DNA of 32,000 nt from Erysipelotrichaceae bacterium MTC7 (lineage in GTDB: Bacteria > Bacillota_I > Bacilli_A > Erysipelotrichales > Erysipelotrichaceae): contig LVZN01000004.1 of assembly GCA_001695645.1 (NCBI GenBank), forward strand, positions 30,001 to 62,000, read 5' to 3'. The notes under the pieces were generated by a model. The model was given only the letters and a program-made list of their open reading frames with translations, made no database searches and was not told where the DNA came from. Made by a program: the position numbers and the translations under genes. Positions 1 through 7,921 of the stretch are shown here, one piece after another; the first letter of the stretch is position 1, and each line of letters begins with the position of its first letter.

Positions 1-814
1 TTTTGCATTTTTTATTATCAAATATCTCGACACCTCTGTTTTGCGAATCAGCTCTTAAAAGTCCATTTTCACATACAATTTGCGTTCTTCCATCATTGTT
101 TTTTGCGAATCCTTTTGGAAATACCCATGAGTTTTCCACAGTCCAATGACATCCATTTTCAAATGTTAAAATAGCCTGTACCGAGTCATAAGTATCAATT
201 CCTTTTGAAGAAAGTAAATCTTTATTACCTACCGCATAAACTTCTACAACCTCACATCCCATAAACCAACGAATTTGATCATAGCAATGTGTCCCCAAGA
301 AATGAACAGGGCTTGATTTATGAGCCCAATTGAACCATTCTGTAGGTACATCAATAATGTCATCCATACTCATATAACCTCGAATTGGTTTTCCAACATT
401 CGACAATTCATTTTTCAAGTTAATTGCCGCAGGATCCCAGCGCTTATGATAATCCACTGCAACACGTACATTGTGCTTTTTTGCTTCTTCTAAAATTTTC
501 GTTGCATCTTCAATCGTTGTTGCTAATGGTTTTTCAACTAGAATTGGTTTTCCATGACGAATAGCTGTTAGCGATGGTTCGAGGTGAAATGCATCTGGTG
601 TTGCAATAGATACGGCATCAATATCTTCATTATTTAACATTTCCTCTACATCCGCATAAGTTTTTACTCGATACTTTTCTTCAATGCTTTTTCTGATTTC
701 ACTATCCAAATCACATACTGCGACAAGATCAGTATTTTCATTCCATAAATATGCATTAACATGATTTATTCCATATATCCCGGCTCCTACTACCGCGACT
801 CTAAGTTTTTTCAT
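1..814 (-). CDS. Gfo/Idh/MocA family NAD(P)-dependent oxidoreductase (partial; C-terminus lies beyond the window start)
   Basis: My own minus-strand translation from the ATG at 814-812 reads MKKLRVAVVGAGIYGINHVNAYLWNENTDLVAVCDLD...ILVEKPLATT.... It has an N-terminal GxGxxG Rossmann motif and the EKP motif typical of this family. The frame stays open to base 2. RBS GGGAGG at 821-826 (minus). It is absent from the ORF track because it runs off the edge. Confidence 0.8.
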   Translation of the reverse strand, partial: MKKLRVAVVGAGIYGINHVNAYLWNENTDLVAVCDLDSEIRKSIEEKYRVKTYADVEEMLNNEDIDAVSIATPDAFHLEPSLTAIRHGKPILVEKPLATTIEDATKILEEAKKHNVRVAVDYHKRWDPAAINLKNELSNVGKPIRGYMSMDDIIDVPTEWFNWAHKSSPVHFLGTHCYDQIRWFMGCEVVEVYAVGNKDLLSSKGIDTYDSVQAILTFENGCHWTVENSWVFPKGFAKNNDGRTQIVCENGLLRADSQNRGVEIFDNKKCK

Positions 815-1120
815 TTCGTTCCTCCCGATGATAAATTTAGTTCGTTATATCTTCACTTAGAAATATAAAGTTTGGCCAAAATACTTTACACAAGTATCAT
901 ACATCAAATGTAGTTTTATTACAAGATTAATTTGCTTTTTTGTAGTTTTACTTCTAAATCCTAAAATTATCGCCTAAATAAGTGAATAAATATAAATATT
1001 ATGTTCATCTGTCATGAAGTTTAACTTCTTATTGAACCCTATATTTTGAAATTATAGTTCGCTTTGATTGTTTTATCAGTTCACATACTATATAATGTGA
1101 AAAAGGGGGATTTTCATTTT

Positions 1121-1999
1121 ATGTCCGAAAATAATATTTTGAGCAAACTCGAATCCATGATGCCATTCTTTTCTAACACAGAAAAAAAACTTGGAAATTT
1201 TATTCTTGCTCAACCTCAAGAAATACTAAATATGTCGACAAGTGAAATTGCACAGCAAAGTCAAGTAAGTGAAGCAACCGTCATCCGTTTCACAAGGAAA
1301 CTAGGATTGAATGGATACACTGATTTTAAACTAACTCTTTCAGCGAATTTAAACAATTCAAATTTAAACCAATCTATAATTACTGATATGAGCGCTAAAG
1401 ACTCACCACTAGACATTTATAAAAAGTTATCTGCTTTTACAATCGCCTCAATCAAATCAACCGAAGAAACCCTAAATGATAAAGAACTAATCAATGCTGT
1501 TGAATTAATCCATTCGACACATAGAAATCAGGCTCGAATATACCTAACTGGAGTTGGTGCAAGTAGCACTTTAGCTATGCAAATGCAGGTTAAACTTATG
1601 CGACTTAATATGAACTCTACCTTTTTCGAAGACTCCCATTTGCAATTAGAGTCACTGACAAATATTACTGAAAATGATCTTCTAATATGCTTCACTACAC
1701 TCGGAAAGTCTATCCAGGCATATCAATATGTAGAAATCGCAAATAAAAAGAAGGCCAAAGTAATACTTATTACCCAATTTGGTAATCAGAAACTTTCAAG
1801 CAAAACAGATGTTACACTTTATATTTCAAGTATTGAAAACAACTTAAGATTGGCATCTCAAACAGCAATCACTGTTCAATCTATGGTTATTGATACATTA
1901 TTCTTAGCATTGGCACTGAAAGATCTAAATGGAATTACAAATGATGTTAAGATAACAAATGAGATTTTTAAAGATTTTGGTTACTATATGAATTCCTAA
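1121..1999 (+). CDS. MurR/RpiR family transcriptional regulator (N-terminal HTH plus C-terminal SIS phosphosugar-binding domain)
   Basis: ORF 1064-1999. I prefer the ATG at 1121 (MSENNILSKLE...) because AAAAGGGGGA at 1101-1110 is a well-spaced RBS. The N-terminus ...TSEIAQQSQVSEATVIRFTRKLGLNGYTDFK is a classic RpiR HTH. The SIS-like core is IYLTGVGASSTLA. Confidence 0.85.
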   Translation: MSENNILSKLESMMPFFSNTEKKLGNFILAQPQEILNMSTSEIAQQSQVSEATVIRFTRKLGLNGYTDFKLTLSANLNNSNLNQSIITDMSAKDSPLDIYKKLSAFTIASIKSTEETLNDKELINAVELIHSTHRNQARIYLTGVGASSTLAMQMQVKLMRLNMNSTFFEDSHLQLESLTNITENDLLICFTTLGKSIQAYQYVEIANKKKAKVILITQFGNQKLSSKTDVTLYISSIENNLRLASQTAITVQSMVIDTLFLALALKDLNGITNDVKITNEIFKDFGYYMNS

Positions 2000-2013
2000 C
2001 AATAAGATTAAAG

Positions 2014-2053
2014 AAAAAACTTTGACTGCTGAATAAGCAATCAAAGTTTTTTT
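2014..2053. terminator. Bidirectional intrinsic terminator between the convergent rpiR-like gene and the PTS operon
   Basis: Stem CTTTGACTGC (2020-2029) pairs with GCAATCAAAG (2037-2046) with one mismatch and a 7-nt loop. An A-run (2014-2019) and a T-run (2047-2053) flank it, so it can terminate on either strand. Confidence 0.75.
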
Positions 2054-2073
2054 CAAGTATACAGACAGATTCA

Positions 2074-2469
2074 TTACGACAATAAACGAATTAACAGAAA
2101 TGCCAAGTTTACTTTATGTTCCGGAAAACCCAAAGCCTTTTTAGGCACTTTATATGAAATGTCTCCGTGTATTGTTCTTATCAACAGTTTATAGTGAAAG
2201 CGTTTTTGTTGTAAAGCTATGGAATCAAAAATCTCATTACCTAACAAAACCACTGAGTCCTTAGATACTTTACCATTAGATTCATCAACAGGTAAAACTA
2301 CTACACCTTCATCACTAAAATGTAGAACGTGTTCTTTCATAGCATGCATAGATACTCCCAATCCACTATTAAAAGCCGCAATACTGGCAGTAATTTTTGC
2401 TTTAATTGTAGAATGAGATCGAAACTGAATGTTCTTACTTTCAAGAACCTCTCTAACTTGATTTTCCAT
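2074..2469 (-). CDS. Hypothetical small protein, possibly a bacterial PH-like (bPH/YokE-like) fold; last gene of PTS operon 1
   Basis: 131-aa ORF starting 7 nt after the IIA stop, with RBS AAGGAAA. The segment HVLHFSDEGVVVLPVDES...VVLLGNEIFDSIALQQKRFHYKLLIRTIHGDISYKV has a beta-rich pattern reminiscent of bacterial PH domains. I recognise no family with certainty. Confidence 0.5.
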   Translation of the reverse strand: MENQVREVLESKNIQFRSHSTIKAKITASIAAFNSGLGVSMHAMKEHVLHFSDEGVVVLPVDESNGKVSKDSVVLLGNEIFDSIALQQKRFHYKLLIRTIHGDISYKVPKKALGFPEHKVNLAFLLIRLLS

Positions 2470-2476
2470 TGTTTAA

Positions 2477-2884
2477 CTATTTCCTTGATTCATATAACTG
2501 TTTAAAATCAACAATCCCACTTTTTCCAGTTTTCATTATATCATCAACATCTCTATTAGCATCTCGTGAGCCCACATATTCAAGAATCATTGGCAAGTTA
2601 AAGCCAGTAATAATTGTCACTTCTTTGCTTAATTCGAGATCCTTTAAAAACTGTGCACTACAATTACAAGGCGAACCAAATAATAAGTCACAAAAAATAA
2701 CAACACCCTCTCCAGTATTCACACGTTCAACCGCTTGATTCATCTGCGTTACATATTCACTAATCTCTTGTCCTGGCAACAAACAAAGAGATTCCATTTG
2801 CTCTGGCTCACCTGAAAACATTTTAATTGTATCTAACATTCCACTTGCTAATTTACCATGACTAGCTATTATAATACCCTTCAT
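2477..2884 (-). CDS. PTS mannose/fructose/sorbose family EIIA component
   Basis: MKGIIIASHGKLASGMLDTIKMFSGE... is the typical man-family IIA N-terminus, with the phosphorylatable His in the SHG motif. RBS GGAAGGAG. Confidence 0.85.
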   Translation of the reverse strand: MKGIIIASHGKLASGMLDTIKMFSGEPEQMESLCLLPGQEISEYVTQMNQAVERVNTGEGVVIFCDLLFGSPCNCSAQFLKDLELSKEVTIITGFNLPMILEYVGSRDANRDVDDIMKTGKSGIVDFKQLYESRK

Positions 2885-2904
2885 CTCTAATCTCCTTCCA
2901 AAAA

Positions 2905-2936
2905 CTTCGAGGACAAATATTGTCCTCGAGTTTTTT
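2905..2936 (-). terminator. Strong intra-operon hairpin with a U-tract between the IID stop and the IIA RBS (attenuator or partial terminator)
   Basis: TCGAGGACAA (2907-2916) pairs perfectly with TTGTCCTCGA (2920-2929), a 10-bp stem. On the minus strand TTTTT then the IIA RBS follow it. On the plus strand T7 (2931-2937) follows it. Confidence 0.55.
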
Positions 2937-2943
2937 TATCAAT

Positions 2944-3765
2944 CTACAGTAAACCGATTCCGGCACCTACCAATCCAAATAGGATTGTAAATAATACAAG
3001 CTTAGCAACACTTACATGTTTCTTACTAATTAACACATAGTAAATAAACAATACTGCTAGAGATAGAATTCCTGGCATAATCCCATCAATCTTATCTTGC
3101 ACACTTAAAGTTGCTTCATTGAATGTATATGACAAAGCAACAGTTAAACTAACCATAGAAGCAGTTAGTGCTCCCATCATAAACATACCTAATATGTTTG
3201 CACCTTCGATAATGTCAGTCATAAGTTTAGATGATAATACATCTTTTATTGCTGTTCGACCTTTTTTATACGTTAATTTTGTAAAGAAGATTAACTCAGC
3301 TAATGTTACCATTGTTCCTAAGAATAGTAATCCAAGCCCAGCAATTGATCCTGTTTGCGCTAGTGAACAAGAAGCTAGGATAAACAATGTTGTAATTGTT
3401 CCAGCACTGAAAGAGTCACCAAACGCTGCAACTGGACCCATTAACCCAGTTTTTACAGCAACGATAGATTCTCCCGGAATTAATTCAGGATTCTTAGCCT
3501 TTTCTTCTTCCATAGCCAATGTAGTTCCCAAAATCAAACCTCCGGCTGTTGCATTTGTGTTAAAAAGTTCTAAGTGTCTTTGAAGCGCTTCAATTAGATC
3601 CTCTTTATTTGTATACAATTTCTCAAGGGCAGGTAAGATAGAATACGTAAATGCAATTGATTGCATACGTTCAAAATTCAAGGACATTTCTGTTGTAATA
3701 TACCATCTTGCAATAATTCTATTAATATCTTTTTTAGTTAAAGAAACATTATTTACTTCACTCAT
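2944..3765 (-). CDS. PTS mannose family EIID component
   Basis: 273 aa. The N-terminus ...LTKKDINRIIARWYITTEMSLNFERMQSIAF... matches the conserved IID signature (R-W...N-ERMQ). Multiple TM segments. RBS GAAGGAG. Confidence 0.9.
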   Translation of the reverse strand: MSEVNNVSLTKKDINRIIARWYITTEMSLNFERMQSIAFTYSILPALEKLYTNKEDLIEALQRHLELFNTNATAGGLILGTTLAMEEEKAKNPELIPGESIVAVKTGLMGPVAAFGDSFSAGTITTLFILASCSLAQTGSIAGLGLLFLGTMVTLAELIFFTKLTYKKGRTAIKDVLSSKLMTDIIEGANILGMFMMGALTASMVSLTVALSYTFNEATLSVQDKIDGIMPGILSLAVLFIYYVLISKKHVSVAKLVLFTILFGLVGAGIGLL

Positions 3766-3768
3766 TTG

Positions 3769-4533
3769 CTACACTCCTTCTTTAGTTCTTGTTCTCTTAT
3801 CAAGCACAACCAGAACAGCAATACATCCAGCAATCAATCCAGTTGTAAGTACATTTAACCCTACAGCTTTTACAAAAACAAATCCTAAGATTGCATAAGG
3901 TATCATACGTGGTTTACCAATCATATTCATAATTAACGCAAACCCAATTGCTGGCATTACACTACCTGCAACTTCCAATCCATGCATTACCCATGATGGC
4001 ACTGTGTTCATGAACGCCAACATTGCATCTTGCCCGAACATGACAATCAAGAATACAGGTAAAAAAAGCAATGGTAATTCAATAATTGGTGGGTAAATAA
4101 TCGCACATCTTTTAATTCCAGCTAAGTTTCCTTTTGCCGCATATTCATCAGCTCTATGTACAAATACAACGTTGATCATTTTTCTCAAGTTTGTTGCAAA
4201 TGAACCAAGTAAACCCATAGGCACTGCAAACGCAATCGCTTGCTCAGCAGTTAACCCGGTTGCTAACGCAATTGGTATAACCGTTGTTGCAGCCAATGCA
4301 GAATCCGTTGGAAGATTTCCTCCCGGAGCAATAATTCCGGCAAATGCCGCTGCAATACCTCCTCCAATGATTAATCCTCTTTCTAAATCTCCATATATAA
4401 GCCCTGCAATTACACCAATTGCAATTGGACTTGCAATGAAGAAGAATGAAAAGTATCCCCCAATCATTCCACGTGCAATCCAATACATTAACCCCATACA
4501 AAGGGCCATCATAATTAACTGTGTTCCACTCAT
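3769..4533 (-). CDS. PTS mannose/sorbose family EIIC component
   Basis: 254-aa polytopic, Gly/Ala-rich membrane protein in the IIB-IIC-IID order. RBS AAGGAAGGAA. It stops 3 nt before the IID start. Confidence 0.9.
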   Translation of the reverse strand: MSGTQLIMMALCMGLMYWIARGMIGGYFSFFFIASPIAIGVIAGLIYGDLERGLIIGGGIAAAFAGIIAPGGNLPTDSALAATTVIPIALATGLTAEQAIAFAVPMGLLGSFATNLRKMINVVFVHRADEYAAKGNLAGIKRCAIIYPPIIELPLLFLPVFLIVMFGQDAMLAFMNTVPSWVMHGLEVAGSVMPAIGFALIMNMIGKPRMIPYAILGFVFVKAVGLNVLTTGLIAGCIAVLVVLDKRTRTKEGV

Positions 4534-4551
4534 AACTATATTCCTTCCTTA

Positions 4552-5031
4552 TTATTGTTTAATTTTCTTTTCAATTGTTTTTAGACTAACAGGGTCATTT
4601 TCTGGTATTGGTTGGAAGAATACGTTAATTCCTGCGTTTTTCATTTCTTCTAGTTTCTCGTATTCATCTAACGAAAGTGACACTCCTTGTAAGATTGATT
4701 TGCGATCTTTATTACTTTGCACTGCACCTACATTTAATTCTGGAATATTCAAACCTGATTTAAATGCTTGATATACAGATGTTACATCTTTGAATATTAA
4801 TAAGACTTCATCATCTTTTTCATCTAACGTTTGTTGAATATCCTCAACCTTAATGATATCCACATCGTATGATGGAACAGCCATGCGATAAATATCCCCC
4901 ATAAATGGATCATTAACCAAAGCTTCATCCGCTAAAATCAAACGATTTACTGGACGAAATTTTATCCATTTAGCTACTATTTGACCATGTACCATTCGAT
5001 AATCAACTCTTATCATTTTTAATTTTCCCAT
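4552..5031 (-). CDS. PTS mannose family EIIB component
   Basis: Track ORF 4552-5043 begins with GTG inside the RBS. The ATG at 5031 (MGKLKMIRVDYRMVHGQIVAKW...) is preceded by GGAGAG. The RVDxRxxHGQ motif carries the phospho-His of man-type IIB. Confidence 0.88.
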   Translation of the reverse strand: MGKLKMIRVDYRMVHGQIVAKWIKFRPVNRLILADEALVNDPFMGDIYRMAVPSYDVDIIKVEDIQQTLDEKDDEVLLIFKDVTSVYQAFKSGLNIPELNVGAVQSNKDRKSILQGVSLSLDEYEKLEEMKNAGINVFFQPIPENDPVSLKTIEKKIKQ

Positions 5032-5101
5032 TTGTCTCTCCACTATTTCTTTTCTCTTTAATTTTTCGTAACGGCTCGCTTATTTTCAGCAAAATGTAAC
5101 A

Positions 5102-5121
5102 TTTCATGGATCCATATGAAA
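5102..5121. promoter_or_regulatory. Palindromic element in the predicted 5' leader of PTS operon 1 (candidate operator or RNA hairpin)
   Basis: TTTCAT-GGATCCAT-ATGAAA. It contains the perfect 10-bp palindrome ATGGATCCAT (5106-5115) and the 6-bp arms TTTCAT/ATGAAA. It lies about 70-90 nt upstream of the IIB start and downstream of the predicted promoter. Confidence 0.3.
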
Positions 5122-5178
5122 TTTGATTTTTATAGAAAATATGCCCATCACTTCGTTTAAAAGTTAACTTCTAAATTC

Positions 5179-5207
5179 AATATAACATAAAAGTAGCGCT
5201 ACTACAA
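5179..5207 (-). promoter_or_regulatory. Candidate sigma-A promoter of PTS operon 1
   Basis: Minus strand reads TTGTAG (5207-5202), a 17-nt spacer, then TATATT (5184-5179) preceded by TGT (extended -10). This leaves a leader of about 140 nt. Confidence 0.45.
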
Positions 5208-5246
5208 TAGATATTGTTTCAAATGTAGTAAAACTTCTTTTGATTA

Positions 5247-5261
5247 TTGCAAACGGTTACA
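5247..5261. promoter_or_regulatory. cre-like (CcpA) box
   Basis: TTGCAAACGGTTACA fits every fixed position of the cre consensus WTGNAANCGNWNNCW. It lies about 40 nt upstream of the predicted -35 of PTS operon 1. Confidence 0.45.
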
Positions 5262-5312
5262 TTTGTATTGCTATTTTTCGTATTTGATTATCTTTTTTTG
5301 CTATAAATATAC

Positions 5313-5347
5313 AAAAAACACACCGTTAGGTGCATCCTTTTTTTAAC
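5313..5347. terminator. Weak bidirectional terminator-like hairpin downstream of cutC
   Basis: AAAAAACACACCGTTAGGTGCATCCTTTTTTT. The stem is short (CACC/GGTG plus wobble pairs) and flanked by A6 and T7. It is about 215 nt from the cutC stop, so the assignment is tentative. Confidence 0.35.
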
Positions 5348-5560
5348 AAGAAGCATTGTATACAACAAAATTTACCATGGCTTTTATGAGAATATCAAAA
5401 GTGGAACATTATATCTATAAGATGTAATAAAAACTCAAAATTATGTATTCAACAACACTAAAAGTACCATGGCTCATTATATTTCAAGCTGACGTCCAAC
5501 TTACTAATATATGGTTAGGAAATAAAAAAGACTCAGAAACATATCCAAGCCTTTCATATA

Positions 5561-6310
5561 CTATCTATTTTTTATAACCTCAACAAAAGATTTCACTTTA
5601 CTTTCATCTACAACTTCGTATCCAAATTCGTGTTGTGGATCATATGCATAAGTAACTTCATTGCGCTTTGCAGTTGGATCATTCTTCCATGCTTTGCATG
5701 AAGAATGAACTTGTGATAGCTGTGTTTGTTGGATGAAATCAGATACGTTTGATTCATTAAGACCAACTCCACCAAGAATTTCTATTTGTTTTCCATAGGT
5801 TTGTTGAAGATAAGCAAGTTGACTGGCACCTTCTACAGCATTTATAGCTTGTCCACTTGTCAGCACACGATTCACACCACAAGCAATTAAACATTTCATT
5901 CCTTCATCCATATCTAGTACAACATCAAAGGCACGGTGCACAACAGCTTCTCCACCATATGCATGTATTAAATCAGTAAACTCCTTTGTACGAGAATCAT
6001 CAAACGTAAAGTCCTCATTTAAAAATCCAAACACGATGGCTTCGATTCCTTCACCTAACAGTAGTTTTGCATCTTCTTTCATGACTTCATATTCTTCTTG
6101 TGTGTAATGAAAACCTCCAGCTCTTGGGCGTACCATTGCTGCAATTGGCAACTTCACATCTTGTTTGACCATTTTTACAGTTGCCATACTTGGTGTTAAA
6201 CCACCTAAATATAATGCACTGTTTAACTCAATTCGATCTGCACCACCAGCTTGCGCAGCAAGGCAGTCTTCATAACTTCCTGCGCATACTTCAAAAATGA
6301 TTCTTCTCAT
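5561..6310 (-). CDS. cutC: CutC family protein (TIM-barrel 'copper homeostasis' family; real biochemical role unclear)
   Basis: MRRIIFEVCAGSYEDCLAAQAGGADRIELNSALYLGGLTPS... is the conserved CutC N-terminal signature. 249 aa. RBS GTGAGGA. Confidence 0.85.
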   Translation of the reverse strand: MRRIIFEVCAGSYEDCLAAQAGGADRIELNSALYLGGLTPSMATVKMVKQDVKLPIAAMVRPRAGGFHYTQEEYEVMKEDAKLLLGEGIEAIVFGFLNEDFTFDDSRTKEFTDLIHAYGGEAVVHRAFDVVLDMDEGMKCLIACGVNRVLTSGQAINAVEGASQLAYLQQTYGKQIEILGGVGLNESNVSDFIQQTQLSQVHSSCKAWKNDPTAKRNEVTYAYDPQHEFGYEVVDESKVKSFVEVIKNR

Positions 6311-6364
6311 ACATCCTCACTTTTTTCATCTCTCGAAAAGTATTGACAGAGCGATATCTGCCTT

Positions 6365-7099
6365 CTACTTTGTATACAATCTTGCGTACTTTTTAATCAA
6401 CGCTTCGTTTTTTTCAAATCCACCATCGACGTTAGCACTAATAAACACTTCTACTGGCTGCCCAAGTGTTGCTAATTCACTTGCACAAACAACGCTAATT
6501 GCACCACAAATAAATGCATTGGCAATTGACGACGTTGGATACATTGGCGTATCAATCCCTTCAAAGTAAGTTGCTGCATCACCAAGTTGTCCGCAGTTAT
6601 CAATCACAATATCCGCTACTTCAAGCAAACGCTTATGATGTGCGTTTCTTGGTTCGGTTTGCATCGAGTGTTTCACATTGGTAATCGCAATGACTGTCGC
6701 TCCACGTAGTTTTGCCTCCACTGCAACTTCTACTGGATATGGATTTCGTCCTGAGTTACTTGCAATTAGTATGACATCATCTGATTGAATATCAAACAAT
6801 TCCACCAATATCTTACCGTACCCATCAAGGTTTTCAATATACGAACTCTTCGTTGGGTGTTCTGTTAAGGTAAGTTCTGTTGGCATCATTGGCACCACAA
6901 ATGCCAATCCACCAGCACGTCCATAAAATTCTTCGGCTACCGAGTGCGAATGTCCACTTCCTGTCACAAAGAAACGATGTCCCTTTGCATGGGCGTGTGC
7001 AATGGCTTTTCCTGCTTGCTCAAGAGCTTCTGCTTGCGTTGTTTTGATTTCATGAACAACCTCAAGACCAATTTCAAAACTTTGATTCACTAGATTCAT
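6365..7099 (-). CDS. SIS (sugar isomerase/phosphosugar-binding) domain protein, UPF0309-like
   Basis: 244 aa. ...GHRFFVTGSGHSHSVAEEFYGRAGGL... and ...DVILIASNSGRNPYPVEVA... are SIS-fold phosphosugar-binding motifs. RBS AAGGAGG. Confidence 0.8.
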   Translation of the reverse strand: MNLVNQSFEIGLEVVHEIKTTQAEALEQAGKAIAHAHAKGHRFFVTGSGHSHSVAEEFYGRAGGLAFVVPMMPTELTLTEHPTKSSYIENLDGYGKILVELFDIQSDDVILIASNSGRNPYPVEVAVEAKLRGATVIAITNVKHSMQTEPRNAHHKRLLEVADIVIDNCGQLGDAATYFEGIDTPMYPTSSIANAFICGAISVVCASELATLGQPVEVFISANVDGGFEKNEALIKKYARLYTK

Positions 7100-7111
7100 C
7101 TAATGTCCTCC

Positions 7112-7912
7112 TTATTCTAATATGCCATAGGTTTTGCATGCTTTATAAATTCCATTTTGACCGCAAGGTGCAGTTACATAATCTGCTTTATCTTTGACTT
7201 CTTGTATGGCATTGCCCATGGCAACCCCAATTCCACATGCTTCAATCATGCTCAAATCATTGAGGTTATCACCAAAGGCGATAACTTGTTCCATGGAGCA
7301 ATCAAGACGCTCACAAACTTTCGCAATCGCATTCCCTTTGCTTGTCTGTTTGGGATGAATATCATATCCATCCCCAAAGAAACAATCAAATTGCAAATTG
7401 GGATACTTCTTTTCCATTTGTTTAAAAACGACCGGTTTGATACGACTGACCGCAGCCAAGGGCAAACTGTCTTCATGTCGACTTTGGACTTTGCGGTGAT
7501 CGCTAAAGTGTCCCCAACGACCAAGCATAATCATCAAGCGATTTCTTAAAGACAAACGTCCTGTATACATATATCCTTTTTCTGGAAACTGGAATTGTAA
7601 GAATTGCTTATAATGCGAGAAATCGCTGATTAATGCCGTTGTTTCCTCTTTGGTAAACGGACAACTGTATAGTTCATGAAAATCTTGATCCATAATATAC
7701 GTTCCATTCAAACAAATATAGTAATCAAAAGAAACATACTTTGGGAGTTGTTCCTTCACAAAATACGGTGGACGTCCACTGGCAACCACGATTTTTATAC
7801 CTTGCGCGCGTAAGGCTTGCAAGCACTTTATATCGTCATCTTCAATGCGGCGACTCACATGGTTAAGCAACGTTCCATCGACATCAAATACGGCTACTTT
7901 TATATCACTCAT
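7112..7912 (-). CDS. Cof-type HAD-IIB family hydrolase (probable sugar-phosphate phosphatase)
   Basis: MSDIKVAVFDVDGTLL contains HAD motif I (DxDGT). The C-terminus has ...AFGDNLNDLSMIEACGIGVAMGNA... (motif IV, GDxxND). 266 aa. Confidence 0.85.
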   Translation of the reverse strand: MSDIKVAVFDVDGTLLNHVSRRIEDDDIKCLQALRAQGIKIVVASGRPPYFVKEQLPKYVSFDYYICLNGTYIMDQDFHELYSCPFTKEETTALISDFSHYKQFLQFQFPEKGYMYTGRLSLRNRLMIMLGRWGHFSDHRKVQSRHEDSLPLAAVSRIKPVVFKQMEKKYPNLQFDCFFGDGYDIHPKQTSKGNAIAKVCERLDCSMEQVIAFGDNLNDLSMIEACGIGVAMGNAIQEVKDKADYVTAPCGQNGIYKACKTYGILE

Positions 7913-7921
7913 ATCGACCTT

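Noticed and set aside
4172-4771. Long antisense ORFs opposite the PTS membrane genes (for example 4172-4771 at 199 aa, 3119-3583 at 154 aa, 29397-29714 at 105 aa)
   Set aside because: They lie entirely inside well-supported genes on the other strand and have no RBS. Their composition is low-complexity (Ala/Ile/Pro/Asn-rich), as expected when Gly/Ala-rich membrane genes are read in reverse. No recognisable motifs.
5374-5476. 10-bp direct repeat TACCATGGCT at 5374-5383 and 5466-5475 downstream of cutC
   Set aside because: There are only two copies about 92 bp apart in AT-rich spacer DNA. The associated ORFs have no RBS (16 aa and 7 aa). I could not connect the repeat to a promoter or terminator, so I record it as unexplained rather than as a feature.
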